Below, piece after piece: positions 17,430 to 26,183 of a DNA stretch of 64,000 bases. Origin of the DNA: an archaeon (GTDB lineage: Archaea; Nanobdellota; Nanobdellia; Pacearchaeales; DTIR01); assembly GCA_043799715.1 (NCBI GenBank), contig JAZDNM010000003.1:28903-92902 (forward strand), in the 5' to 3' direction. The notes under the pieces are model-generated. The model saw nothing but the letters and a program-made list of their open reading frames with translations, was not told where the DNA came from and did no database searches. A program made the translations under genes and the position numbers. Within the stretch, counting starts at the first letter, position 1, and each line of letters starts with the position of its first letter.

Positions 17430-18529
17430 TTCTTCCTAAAAAACTCCCTTACTGCAGCGGAAATCTGCCTGATTTCATCCTCTTTTATAAAATGGAAAAA
17501 TGGAAGATGCAGGCATCTTTTGTAATAATCCTCTGCTCCTGGAAATTTCCTATTCTGGTTTTCTGAAAATATGCAGATTGCTGGATAAGGCAATTCTGCT
17601 AAGATATTTCTTTTTTTCAGGAAGTCATGCAGCATGTTCCTTTCATCCTCGCCTTCAAGCTGAATTACTAATCTTGTGTAAAGCCCTTCATTCTTGTTTT
17701 TTGAGTTGATAATCCTAATTTCATTTATACCGCTTAGTTCCTTGAAGTATAACTCTTTCATCTTGTTATGGCGCTCCTGCATCTTGCTGAAATACCTCAG
17801 CTGGACTGCAATGCTGCTTATCGCAGGAAGCGAAATTCTTGAAATTCCCTTGAGCTCCTTTGCCTGCATCAATCTGCTTATTTTTTCTGCATTCTCCTCT
17901 GATTTGAATGTGAGCATCCCGCCCCCGCTGCTGCCTATTGAAGAGATGAATTTTTCATTTGAGAAGCTGAAAATTGCAAAATCGCCTAAACTCCCAAGAT
18001 ACTTGTCATCAATCTTGTTTCCTATTGCCTGGCAGGCATCTTCTAAAAGAACGAGATTGTTTTTTTCTTTTATTTTAACAAGCTCTTTCATATTGCAGGC
18101 ATTTCCAAACATATGAGCTGCAACAATAGCCTTTGTATCCCTGTTGACAAGTTTCTCTGCCTTTTCTGTGTCAATTGCAAAATTTTCAGGATTTACATCG
18201 CACAGCCTCATTTTTATATCAGGGAAGCATGAGAAAGAGCTGGTTAAGCTGTAATATTCTGCTGCAGGAACAATAACCTCTGCTTTTTTTCCTCTGCTGT
18301 TTAAACTTAACAACCATAAGAAAAGAGTGAATGCCTGCGTGCCTGAACCAACGGATTTTGAATGAATAAACCCGAATTTCCTGCTGAATTCATCTTCGAG
18401 GGCAGCAGAATATTTTTGGATGTCATTTGCTCCATTTAAGCCCCTTATTGCCCTGCTGAGCTCTGCGAAATATTTTTTTTCGAGAATTTTGTCTATTCTC
18501 AGGTTGTCATGCCTTGCTTTCCACACCAT
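17426..18529 (-). CDS. DegT/DnrJ/EryC1/StrS-family PLP-dependent sugar aminotransferase
   Basis: It has the motifs GSGTQAF, EDACQAIG and GDFAIFSFSNEKFIS (Lys in the SF..K context). Confidence 0.8.
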   Translation of the reverse strand: MVWKARHDNLRIDKILEKKYFAELSRAIRGLNGANDIQKYSAALEDEFSRKFGFIHSKSVGSGTQAFTLFLWLLSLNSRGKKAEVIVPAAEYYSLTSSFSCFPDIKMRLCDVNPENFAIDTEKAEKLVNRDTKAIVAAHMFGNACNMKELVKIKEKNNLVLLEDACQAIGNKIDDKYLGSLGDFAIFSFSNEKFISSIGSSGGGMLTFKSEENAEKISRLMQAKELKGISRISLPAISSIAVQLRYFSKMQERHNKMKELYFKELSGINEIRIINSKNKNEGLYTRLVIQLEGEDERNMLHDFLKKRNILAELPYPAICIFSENQNRKFPGAEDYYKRCLHLPFFHFIKEDEIRQISAAVREFFRKK

Positions 18530-18559
18530 AAGCCTTAAAAATAATTCAAATTTAAATAT

Positions 18560-19741
18560 ATGATGGTTGAGGTTGAGGCTGCAAGAGATGAAAGGGAGAT
18601 TATAGCGCAGTTCAACATTCTATTGAAGAATTTCTCAGGTTTCAATAATCTGGGCGAAGTCAGGGAGATAAGAAAAATTGAGGACATAGATAGAATACCA
18701 ATGACAACAAGGCAGAGCCTTGAATCACTGGGAATAAAGAATGCTCCTATTCAACCTTTATGCATGCATGTGACAAGCGGCTCTTCAGGCAAAAATGTCC
18801 CTGTATTCTACTCTGAAAAATCATGGCAAGTTCTTGTGGAAAGGACAAAAAAGCTTTTTGAATTTATGGAAATTTCAAAGAAAGACATAGTCCTTAACCT
18901 GTTTGAATACGGGCTTTCAAATGAGGGGCTTGCAATAGACAATGCGCTGGCAAGTGCGGGGATAGCTGCATTTCCCTGCGGAAATCTTGAAAAGGAAAAG
19001 AAGTATCTTGCCAGGGACTTGATTAAAAAGATAAAGCCAACAGCCCTTATCTCTTTTCCTTCATTTATCTTTGACCTTATTGAATTGAATGCTGACTTGT
19101 CATCGATAAAGAAGATTATGCATGCAGGCAGCTTTGTATCAAGGGAGTTCTTTGATTTTATGCGCAGCAGGATAGATGCTGTTTTTTACAATTGCTATGG
19201 CTGCAACGAAGTCGGCCCTATTTCAATCAGCAGGACTTTTGAAGATGAATTCTCGCTTCTTATTGATAAAGGGCTTTACATAGAGGTTCTTGATGACAAT
19301 AGCAAGCCGCATGAAATAGGAGAAGGCAGGATTTTAATCACTGATTTGTATAATCTTTCAACCCCAATGATAAGATATTTTCTTGGTGACAGGGTTAAAA
19401 TAATAAAGCAGGATGGAAAAAAATATATAAAAGTCCTGAAAAGAGAGGACTCCTACTCCAAAATAAACGGCGCTGTAATGCCTGTAGGTCTGCTTGTAAA
19501 GACATGCATGGAACAAATAGGGCATGACCACTTTTCAATACTTGTGAATTTTTCAAAATCCTCAATGAAGGACGAGACTGTAATCTATCTGCTCAAAAAA
19601 GATGCAGGCAAGGCATCAGCACTGCAGAAAGAGTTCAACGAGAAACTTAATCTCTTCCCGCAAATCAAGCTGATAGGAAATATGCCCAGGACATTCACAG
19701 GCAAGATAAGGAATTTTATTGATGCAAGAAAACCAGAGTAA
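18560..19741 (+). CDS. Adenylate-forming ligase of the PaaK/CapK/F390-synthetase family
   Basis: It has the AMP-binding motif TSGSSGKNVPVFYS, and its size and architecture match phenylacetate-CoA ligase-like enzymes. Confidence 0.7.
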   Translation: MMVEVEAARDEREIIAQFNILLKNFSGFNNLGEVREIRKIEDIDRIPMTTRQSLESLGIKNAPIQPLCMHVTSGSSGKNVPVFYSEKSWQVLVERTKKLFEFMEISKKDIVLNLFEYGLSNEGLAIDNALASAGIAAFPCGNLEKEKKYLARDLIKKIKPTALISFPSFIFDLIELNADLSSIKKIMHAGSFVSREFFDFMRSRIDAVFYNCYGCNEVGPISISRTFEDEFSLLIDKGLYIEVLDDNSKPHEIGEGRILITDLYNLSTPMIRYFLGDRVKIIKQDGKKYIKVLKREDSYSKINGAVMPVGLLVKTCMEQIGHDHFSILVNFSKSSMKDETVIYLLKKDAGKASALQKEFNEKLNLFPQIKLIGNMPRTFTGKIRNFIDARKPE

Positions 19742-19750
19742 ACCTTCTTC

Positions 19751-20662
19751 TTATTTTACAAGAGAATATACATCCATATAGCTGAGGGACTTGTCAGAGC
19801 ATAGCGCCTTTAATTCCTCTGTTTTAATCAGGGAGCATTTTTCATAATTATTCTCCTGCCGGACATAGCTTATTATTGACAAGTCCATTGAAATCCTGTT
19901 GAATAGGTCATTGCAGTCTTTTCTTATAATGCCCCTGCATGCTTCAGAATACCCTATCCCCAAATTCTTGTTTGAGCATAAATTCTCATCGTTCTTAGAG
20001 ATTGCAAGCCTTTCTGTGAAATATCTCTCGCAGTCTTCATTTGAAAATTCAAGGCATCTTGATGCATTAACAAGAATCGCGCTGCATATGGCTTCTGAAC
20101 TGCCTGTTAATCCTATGCATGATTTTTCCTGCACAGCCCTGCATATTTCTTCATCAACCAAGCCCCCCTCTCCTGCTTCGTCTTTAAGCGTGCTGCAGTC
20201 TATATTTGAATATTTCTCTATATCCGCGACTATTGCTTTATAGTCATTGTAATCTGCGATGCACCACTGCCTTGAAATTGAGTTGTTTATGAAATTGCAC
20301 TTGCTCTCATTATCAGAAACAACCGCCTCACAGCTGACAACATTTGCAACCCACCTTATGTCCTTTTCAACAAGATGATACCTCAAACTCTCAACATCCC
20401 CTGAAACAACATTTTCAAAAGGAACAGGTATTTCAATAATCTTCACTCTTGGCATAAAAATAAAGATTGCAGCTATAATAAGTATGATTGAGATTCCTGC
20501 TGCAAGAAATATCATGCTGTTGTTCTTTGAGATGGAGTTTATTGCCTCTCTGGCATCTTTCTCAGGATATCCTTTTTTTCCAATTTCCTCTTTTAACTGC
20601 GCTATGGAAATCCCTTTTCTAAGTCCATTTTTTATGTAATTCACAAGAACTTGGTTAACCAT
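19751..20662 (-). CDS. Single-pass membrane protein with a Cys-rich extracytoplasmic domain
   Basis: A small N-terminal helical domain is followed by a TM helix (MIFLAAGISIILIIAAIFIF) and then about 16 Cys residues. It lies 12 nt downstream of the His/Ser-rich peptide gene on the same strand. Confidence 0.5.
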   Translation of the reverse strand: MVNQVLVNYIKNGLRKGISIAQLKEEIGKKGYPEKDAREAINSISKNNSMIFLAAGISIILIIAAIFIFMPRVKIIEIPVPFENVVSGDVESLRYHLVEKDIRWVANVVSCEAVVSDNESKCNFINNSISRQWCIADYNDYKAIVADIEKYSNIDCSTLKDEAGEGGLVDEEICRAVQEKSCIGLTGSSEAICSAILVNASRCLEFSNEDCERYFTERLAISKNDENLCSNKNLGIGYSEACRGIIRKDCNDLFNRISMDLSIISYVRQENNYEKCSLIKTEELKALCSDKSLSYMDVYSLVK

Positions 20663-20674
20663 CTTTTTTTGAAT

Positions 20675-20935
20675 TTAGTATTCTGTCTGCGAGTGGCTTG
20701 CATGATGTGAATGCGTTGCTGTTGCTGTCCCGCTGGCATAACCCTGGCTTAAGTCATTGCTGTGTGTTGCCTGGCTGTGCGCAGCAGCAGGCTGCGACAT
20801 GAGTATTATATTTGCGAGTATAACTCCTGCTTTTATTATCTTATCCTTAGAAATAGTGCCTTCCTCGTCATTCAGGAAATTTTTAAGCTCCTGCTTAATC
20901 TTTGGAAAGAATTTCTTTCCCGCCTCTTTTGCCAT
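20675..20935 (-). CDS. Small His/Ser-rich protein, candidate radical SAM substrate (HxsA-like)
   Basis: This 86-aa protein has a basic N-region, the hydrophobic segment AGVILANIILMSQPAAA, and the tail HSQATHSNDLSQGYASGTATATHSHHASHSQTEY. It starts 5 nt after the rSAM stop. Confidence 0.55.
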   Translation of the reverse strand: MAKEAGKKFFPKIKQELKNFLNDEEGTISKDKIIKAGVILANIILMSQPAAAHSQATHSNDLSQGYASGTATATHSHHASHSQTEY

Positions 20936-20940
20936 TATAT

Positions 20941-22338
20941 CTAATCGCTAATCCAATTTTTAAATATTTCCCTGTTCTCTTTCCCCTCAGCCATTTTCTC
21001 AAATATATACCTGAACTGCCCTGTGTAAATTATGTGCCTCATGCTGCAGCTTATCTTAGGCAGGACATTGCCCTGCTCGCTGTGGTTTATTACAGGGCAT
21101 GTTCCAATCCACGGAAGGAATGCAGAAAGGGGAGAGTAAAGATTCATTGCAGAAGAGCCAGCCATGTAAAACATGTTAGGACTGCCAAGAACCTCTTCAT
21201 ACCTGTTATTCTCAACATTTCCAAGCTTGAACAAGTCATTCCCAGTCATTCTTGCCTCATCGCATGTGAAAACATCGCCGTTTTCAGAGTACAATATCTG
21301 GCTTCTGCCTGCCCCACAAGGGCTCATTAGTTCAGTGTACAAAGCATCTTTTTTCAGCAGAATTTTCTTCAGCATTATAACAGAAGTTGTTTCTTTTATT
21401 TTTGTTCCTTTTTTGTTCAGTTCAAGAATGTAATCAAGTGCTGAACGCCAGAATTTTAGGAACTCTTCTGCTGTGTAGCCAATCTCTTTCCAGTTTTCTT
21501 TTGCAACTCCGAGATAATTGAGAAATCTCATATGAATGCTGTCAAAGCCCTGCTTTGCATACTCATCAACTATCTCTTTCCAGTATGGAAGCGAATTTCT
21601 TGTTATTGTTGGCAGGGCTCCGACAATTTTCCTGCTGTTCTTTTTTATTGACAGGGCATTTATTTTTCTTATTCCGCTTATGACATCATCATAACTGCCC
21701 TTGCCTGAAATATAATGCCGGTTCATGTCATGAAGGGATTTCTGCCCGTCAAGCGATGTGCATACAGTTATATCATTATCAAGGATAAAATCAATATGCT
21801 CTTCTTTTATTGATGTCAGGTTGGAGACAATTGTGATTTTCAAGTCCTTGTTTTCTATCTTGTTTATTTTCCTTGCCTCTTCTGCAATAAACTTGAGAAC
21901 ATCCCAGTTAAGCAGCGGCTCTCCGCCCTGAAATTCTATTGTTATTGCTTTTGAAGGGCTCTGGAAAATAAAATTGAGAACTTTTAATGCTGTGTCCCTG
22001 CTCATTTTCTCGATTTTTCTGTCCTTGGCATGGCAGTAAACACAGCCAAGGTTGCATTCAGGAGTCAGGCTTACTATATGCAGTGATGGACCCAAAAAAA
22101 GATTCGCATTAAGGTTCCTGTAATTTTTTATAATCCTGTTTATATTTTCCTTGCTTGCTATTATGTCCTTTTCATGAAGTTTTGTCTCCAGTTCCTTGCT
22201 GAGATTTCTGCTTAATAGGCATTTCCATTCCTCTTCATCAAGCATCGCCCATGAGCCGAAGAATGTTGTTACAAGATGCTTATCTTTTATCTTTTCTTCA
22301 TTAAACGGCAGCAGAATATGCTGTTCTTCAAGCGCCAT
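20941..22338 (-). CDS. Radical SAM/SPASM-type peptide maturase candidate (anSME/HxsB/HxsC-like)
   Basis: An extension of about 90 aa precedes the CX3CX2C motif (TPECNLGCVYCHA). Auxiliary-cluster cysteines lie downstream (SPCGAGRSQILYSENGDVFTCDE, GTCPV...ISCS). Confidence 0.8.
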   Translation of the reverse strand: MALEEQHILLPFNEEKIKDKHLVTTFFGSWAMLDEEEWKCLLSRNLSKELETKLHEKDIIASKENINRIIKNYRNLNANLFLGPSLHIVSLTPECNLGCVYCHAKDRKIEKMSRDTALKVLNFIFQSPSKAITIEFQGGEPLLNWDVLKFIAEEARKINKIENKDLKITIVSNLTSIKEEHIDFILDNDITVCTSLDGQKSLHDMNRHYISGKGSYDDVISGIRKINALSIKKNSRKIVGALPTITRNSLPYWKEIVDEYAKQGFDSIHMRFLNYLGVAKENWKEIGYTAEEFLKFWRSALDYILELNKKGTKIKETTSVIMLKKILLKKDALYTELMSPCGAGRSQILYSENGDVFTCDEARMTGNDLFKLGNVENNRYEEVLGSPNMFYMAGSSAMNLYSPLSAFLPWIGTCPVINHSEQGNVLPKISCSMRHIIYTGQFRYIFEKMAEGKENREIFKNWISD

Positions 22339-22567
22339 TCTTGCTCCCTGAAAGATTATCCATTTTTATTTTTTCCAATCCAAGGCAATAATTGCAAAAC
22401 TCAAGCGCCTGCTCCTTATCCGAAAGCAGGATGCTTATTGATGTCTTGCTCTCTGTTTTTTTTGTGCCTTCAATTCCAAAATCCTTGATTGCCTTTTCAA
22501 TGCTCTCATTGGAGTATAAGTCCTTGCTTAGTTCAAGAATTATTTTTCCTTCTTTATGGATTATCAT
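22328..22567 (-). CDS. Small HxsD-like protein (short paralog)
   Basis: This 79-aa protein shares an N-terminal pattern with the upstream 127-aa protein (KIILELSKDLYSNESIEKAIKDF) and has an EFCNYCLGLEK motif. It overlaps the rSAM start by 11 nt. Confidence 0.45.
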   Translation of the reverse strand: MIIHKEGKIILELSKDLYSNESIEKAIKDFGIEGTKKTESKTSISILLSDKEQALEFCNYCLGLEKIKMDNLSGSKNGA

Positions 22568-22576
22568 CTTGCTTTA

Positions 22577-22960
22577 TTACTTCTTGCTCTTTGTTTCATC
22601 CAAATCTCTCAGGAGCTCTTCAATCTCTTTTTCTTCTGCCTCTTCTGCTATCGAGGGATTTGCGCTGAATAAAGCCCTTTCAAGAATCATTTTCACTATA
22701 TCCTTTTCTCTTTTCAAAGAGGCATAGTAATTCCCGTAGTTTATCAGCTCGTCATAGAATTCCTGCTTTATTTTTTCTGCATCTTTCCCATTTTTCCTGA
22801 AAATCTGCACTATAATCTCTTTTTTCGGGTTTCCATCAAGGATTATGTATGCCCTATCAAGCATTGAATATGCTGCTGCATAAATCACTTGCATTGAATA
22901 TATCTGGGGATTTATCTTTATGATAACTGATTCATCTTTGCTGTTTTCATTCTCTTTCAT
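22577..22960 (-). CDS. HxsD-like accessory protein
   Basis: The patterns VIIKINPQIYSMQVIYAAAYSMLDRAYIILD and FYDELINYGNYYASLKREKDIVKMILERALF resemble, from memory, the HxsD family and its LLNDYxLRE signature. Confidence 0.5.
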   Translation of the reverse strand: MKENENSKDESVIIKINPQIYSMQVIYAAAYSMLDRAYIILDGNPKKEIIVQIFRKNGKDAEKIKQEFYDELINYGNYYASLKREKDIVKMILERALFSANPSIAEEAEEKEIEELLRDLDETKSKK

Positions 22961-22980
22961 TTTACTTTTATCCCTTCATG

Positions 22981-23015
22981 AATCAGAACCAATTGATATT
23001 GGTTCCGATACCTCC
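22981..23015 (-). repeat. R1 hairpin element, copy A (35 nt, identical to the copy at 31979-32013)
   Basis: The plus-strand sequence is aatcagaaccaattgatattggttccgatacctcc. In the sense of local transcription (minus strand) it reads GGAGGTATCGGAACCAAT-ATCA-ATTGGTTCTGATT, a 12-bp stem. It lies between the rtcB stop and the first gene of the Hxs-like operon. Confidence 0.7.
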
Positions 23016-23016
23016 G

Positions 23017-24435
23017 CTAACCCTTCATTACTGCAATTGGCTTTAATTTTGCCACAAGCTTGCCTATTCCTGCCTCGTGGCTTACTTTTACAACTTCGTC
23101 TATGTCTTTGTATACTTGCGGCGCTTCCTCTGCTATTGATTTCCACGAAGCTGCCTTGATTTCTATGTTCTTTTTTGCAAGCTCATCCCTTATCTGCTCC
23201 CCCCTGAACTCGCGCAATGCAGCGCTTCTTGAGCTTACTCTTCCTGCGCCATGCGCAGTGCTTGCAAATGAAATTTCCTCTGCTGTTTTTGTTCCGAGCA
23301 GAACATAGCTTGATGTGCCCATGCTGCCAGGCAGTATAATCGGCTGCCCTGCATCCCTGTAAACTTCAGGAATTTCCTCTCTCCCTGCCCCGAAGCTTCT
23401 TGTTGCGCCTTTCCTGTGCACGCAAACTTCCCTAATTTTGTCATCAATCCTGTGCTTTTCAATTTTTGCTATATTGTGGCATACATCATATACAACTCCA
23501 ATCTTGCATGGCAGCAGTTTGCTGAAAACTTCCCTTATCCAGTGGGTTATCATCTGCTTGTTGCAGAAAGCAAAGTTTGCTGCTGCGCTCATAGCAGCAT
23601 AATATTTCTGCCCCATGTCGGACATGATAGGCGCGTTTATCAGCTCCCTGTCAGGCAGATTTTTGAAACCATACTTGTCTTCCATCAGTTTTATGTAGTC
23701 AGAAGCAACCTGATGCCCCAATCCCCTTGAGCCGCAATGCACCATAATCATAACCTGCCCCTTTTCTGTTATGCCGAGCATTCTCGCTGTTCTTTCATCA
23801 TATATCTCTGAAACTTCCTGTATCTCAAGAAAGTGATTCCCGGCGCCAAGGCTTCCAAGCTGCGGCATTCCTCTTTCAATTGCCCTTGCTGAAACCTCTG
23901 ATGCTTTTGCAGTTTTCATGCATCCCTCTTCTTCTGTTTTTTTCCAGTCATCTGCAGTGCCAAATCCCTGCCTGACAGCCCACTTTGCCCCCTGTTCAAG
24001 AACATCCTTTATGACATCCCTTGTCTGCCTTGTCTTTCCTGCCCTTCCAACTCCGCTTGGCACATTTGAGAACAATTCATTCAGAATTTCAGTTCTTTTT
24101 TTCATCAGTTCCTTTGCTGTCAGGTCAGTTTTTAAAAGGCGGACTGAGCAGTTGATGTCATATCCAACTCCTCCTGGAGAAATAATGCCTTCATTCATGT
24201 CAAATGCCGCCACTCCTCCGATGGGAAAACCGTATCCGGAATGAACATCAGGCATTGCTATTGCATATTTGAGTATTCCAGGCAGTTTTGCAATATTTGC
24301 AAGCTGCTGCACTGCTGTTTCCTCAACATCCCTGAGCAGTTTTTCAGAGATAAATGCCTTTGCAGGCACTTTCATGCTCCCTTCTTTCGGCAGCTCAAAT
24401 TCGAACTTGCTGATTTTTCTCAGTTTTTCTTTCAT
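23017..24435 (-). CDS. rtcB: RNA-splicing ligase RtcB
   Basis: It has the diagnostic motifs GYDINCSVRLL, GAGNHFLEIQ, HCGSRGLGHQV and HGAGR. Confidence 0.95.
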   Translation of the reverse strand: MKEKLRKISKFEFELPKEGSMKVPAKAFISEKLLRDVEETAVQQLANIAKLPGILKYAIAMPDVHSGYGFPIGGVAAFDMNEGIISPGGVGYDINCSVRLLKTDLTAKELMKKRTEILNELFSNVPSGVGRAGKTRQTRDVIKDVLEQGAKWAVRQGFGTADDWKKTEEEGCMKTAKASEVSARAIERGMPQLGSLGAGNHFLEIQEVSEIYDERTARMLGITEKGQVMIMVHCGSRGLGHQVASDYIKLMEDKYGFKNLPDRELINAPIMSDMGQKYYAAMSAAANFAFCNKQMITHWIREVFSKLLPCKIGVVYDVCHNIAKIEKHRIDDKIREVCVHRKGATRSFGAGREEIPEVYRDAGQPIILPGSMGTSSYVLLGTKTAEEISFASTAHGAGRVSSRSAALREFRGEQIRDELAKKNIEIKAASWKSIAEEAPQVYKDIDEVVKVSHEAGIGKLVAKLKPIAVMKG

Positions 24436-24532
24436 ATCTCTCCTGATTCATCCCAATTGATTTATTATTTAAATAGCTTGCCCCAAATAAAGCATATTTT
24501 TCAGAATAGAAAAGTATTTATTTAATTCAAAA

Positions 24533-25732
24533 GTGGTAAAAGCTATGAGAACAACAGAAGAATATTTTAATTCATACAGGCAGGTTCAAAAGGGTTCTTT
24601 TAGAATATTGGGCAATGAGAACAAAGAAATAGAGGAGTTCAGAACAGTTGAGATAAGGCAGCAGCCGTTATTCAGGCAGTATTCAACTCTTATATGTGTT
24701 GAAAGGGCAAACAGGCCTGTAAATTTCAACCATAGCTCTAACCTTTACACCAAGGGGCATATTCAGGACGTTGTTAGTAAGATGCTCCAAAGCAATATGG
24801 ATGGAATAAATTTAGAGAAAGCAGTTGAAAATGAACTTCTAAAAATTGACCAGAGTGAAGAAAAAAAGAAAAGAGACAAATGCCCTTTCTGCTACCCTAA
24901 CCTGGAGAAGGTAACGCCAAATCCCAAGAAGATGCATAATAGCGGGCTTACAATAGAGGATTCTGAGTTTAAACTTGCGAAAATGCCTGAATCAAAAGTA
25001 ATCAGTGTTCCCAATCTCTATCCATTTACTGTTCCTCATTGGGTTACTATCTTTGCAAAACACAAGCCGGACTTGCAGGAATTGAACTTTCAGGATATTT
25101 TCAATTATATCGAAAGCGGGTATGAAATCGCGAAAGAGATAAAATTTATAGAAGGTGTTGATGGCATGTGGGATATAATAAACTGGGGTCCTGAAGCCGC
25201 TGCTTCCCAACCGCATCCGCATGCCCAGCGAGGGGGCATAGCAACAATGATGATTACTGAAATGGACAGAGAAATAGAAAAATGCACTGCCGCAAAAAAA
25301 TACCTTATGGATGACCCATTTGAGCATTATATGAATAGAATAAGGCAAAGCGCCTTATTTGGTTTTGAGAATGAGCACATACTTATTCATGCACCATTCG
25401 CACCAAAATTTCCGCATTCAATAGATATAATATGCAAGAGAAAAGCGGGCAATATACTTGATTTAAATGAACATGAAAGGAAGGTAATTGCGCACAGCAT
25501 GCTTGGTGTTTTCCACTTGCTTTATAACCGATGCGGGGTCAGGGACTTGAATGTTGTAACGCACCAAACAAGATTAAACAGCAAGAACGAGTCGGATTAT
25601 CATCTTCATTGGCACTTTATGCCCAGAAATCTCAACAAGCTTGGAGGAGTAGAAATAAATCTGAATAATTTTGTGGTTTCAGTTTTTCCAGAAGCAACAG
25701 CAAAAGAGATAAAAACACATTACAAGGTCTAA
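24533..25732 (+). CDS. GalT-branch HIT-superfamily nucleotidyltransferase/phosphorylase-like protein
   Basis: It has the zinc motif DKCPFC, the active-site-like SQPHPHAQ (His-Pro-His), and a second HLHWHFMPR. The track start is GTG, and an alternative ATG lies at 24545. Confidence 0.6.
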   Translation: MVKAMRTTEEYFNSYRQVQKGSFRILGNENKEIEEFRTVEIRQQPLFRQYSTLICVERANRPVNFNHSSNLYTKGHIQDVVSKMLQSNMDGINLEKAVENELLKIDQSEEKKKRDKCPFCYPNLEKVTPNPKKMHNSGLTIEDSEFKLAKMPESKVISVPNLYPFTVPHWVTIFAKHKPDLQELNFQDIFNYIESGYEIAKEIKFIEGVDGMWDIINWGPEAAASQPHPHAQRGGIATMMITEMDREIEKCTAAKKYLMDDPFEHYMNRIRQSALFGFENEHILIHAPFAPKFPHSIDIICKRKAGNILDLNEHERKVIAHSMLGVFHLLYNRCGVRDLNVVTHQTRLNSKNESDYHLHWHFMPRNLNKLGGVEINLNNFVVSVFPEATAKEIKTHYKV

Positions 25733-25736
25733 TTCA

Positions 25737-26162
25737 TCACAAGTCAACAACAACCTGCGCTGAAAACTTGCCTTTCTCTTTTTTTATCAGCATGCTGTTG
25801 TATGTGACTGCCTTTACCTCTCCGAATGTTTCATATTTCTTTGAGTTGTCCCCGAGAATTTCTGCTTCAAGCACGTATTTCCCTTCATTTCCTGAGATTT
25901 TCATTTTTTCAATCCTGCATGCAAGGAAATTTTTGGAATCAAGCAGGAATATAACCTCCTCAAGAAAATTATAAAGCAGGGATTCAGGATTTTTTGCCTT
26001 AACTTTTATCTTTTTGCTTGTTTTTCTGATTATTTTGCTGGTTTCGCACATCAAGTTCAGCATCGCCATTGCTGAATTGCTGAATGCCTCTTCCAGTGTC
26101 CTGCCTGTTGCAATGAACTTGCCGTCTGCAGTGTGCTCAAGATATCTGTATCCTTTTGCCAT
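25737..26162 (-). CDS. Archease (RtcB activator)
   Basis: The N-terminus YRYLEHTADGKFIATGRTLEEAF matches the archease signature EHTAD...G.tleE. Confidence 0.85.
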   Translation of the reverse strand: MAKGYRYLEHTADGKFIATGRTLEEAFSNSAMAMLNLMCETSKIIRKTSKKIKVKAKNPESLLYNFLEEVIFLLDSKNFLACRIEKMKISGNEGKYVLEAEILGDNSKKYETFGEVKAVTYNSMLIKKEKGKFSAQVVVDL

Positions 26163-26183
26163 TTTTTATTTTATATTCTGGGC

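Noticed and set aside
20757-21433. Plus-strand ORFs 20757-20951, 20902-21330 and 21173-21433
   Set aside because: They are antisense to the His/Ser-rich peptide gene and to the radical SAM gene, which has unambiguous motifs. They have no features of their own.
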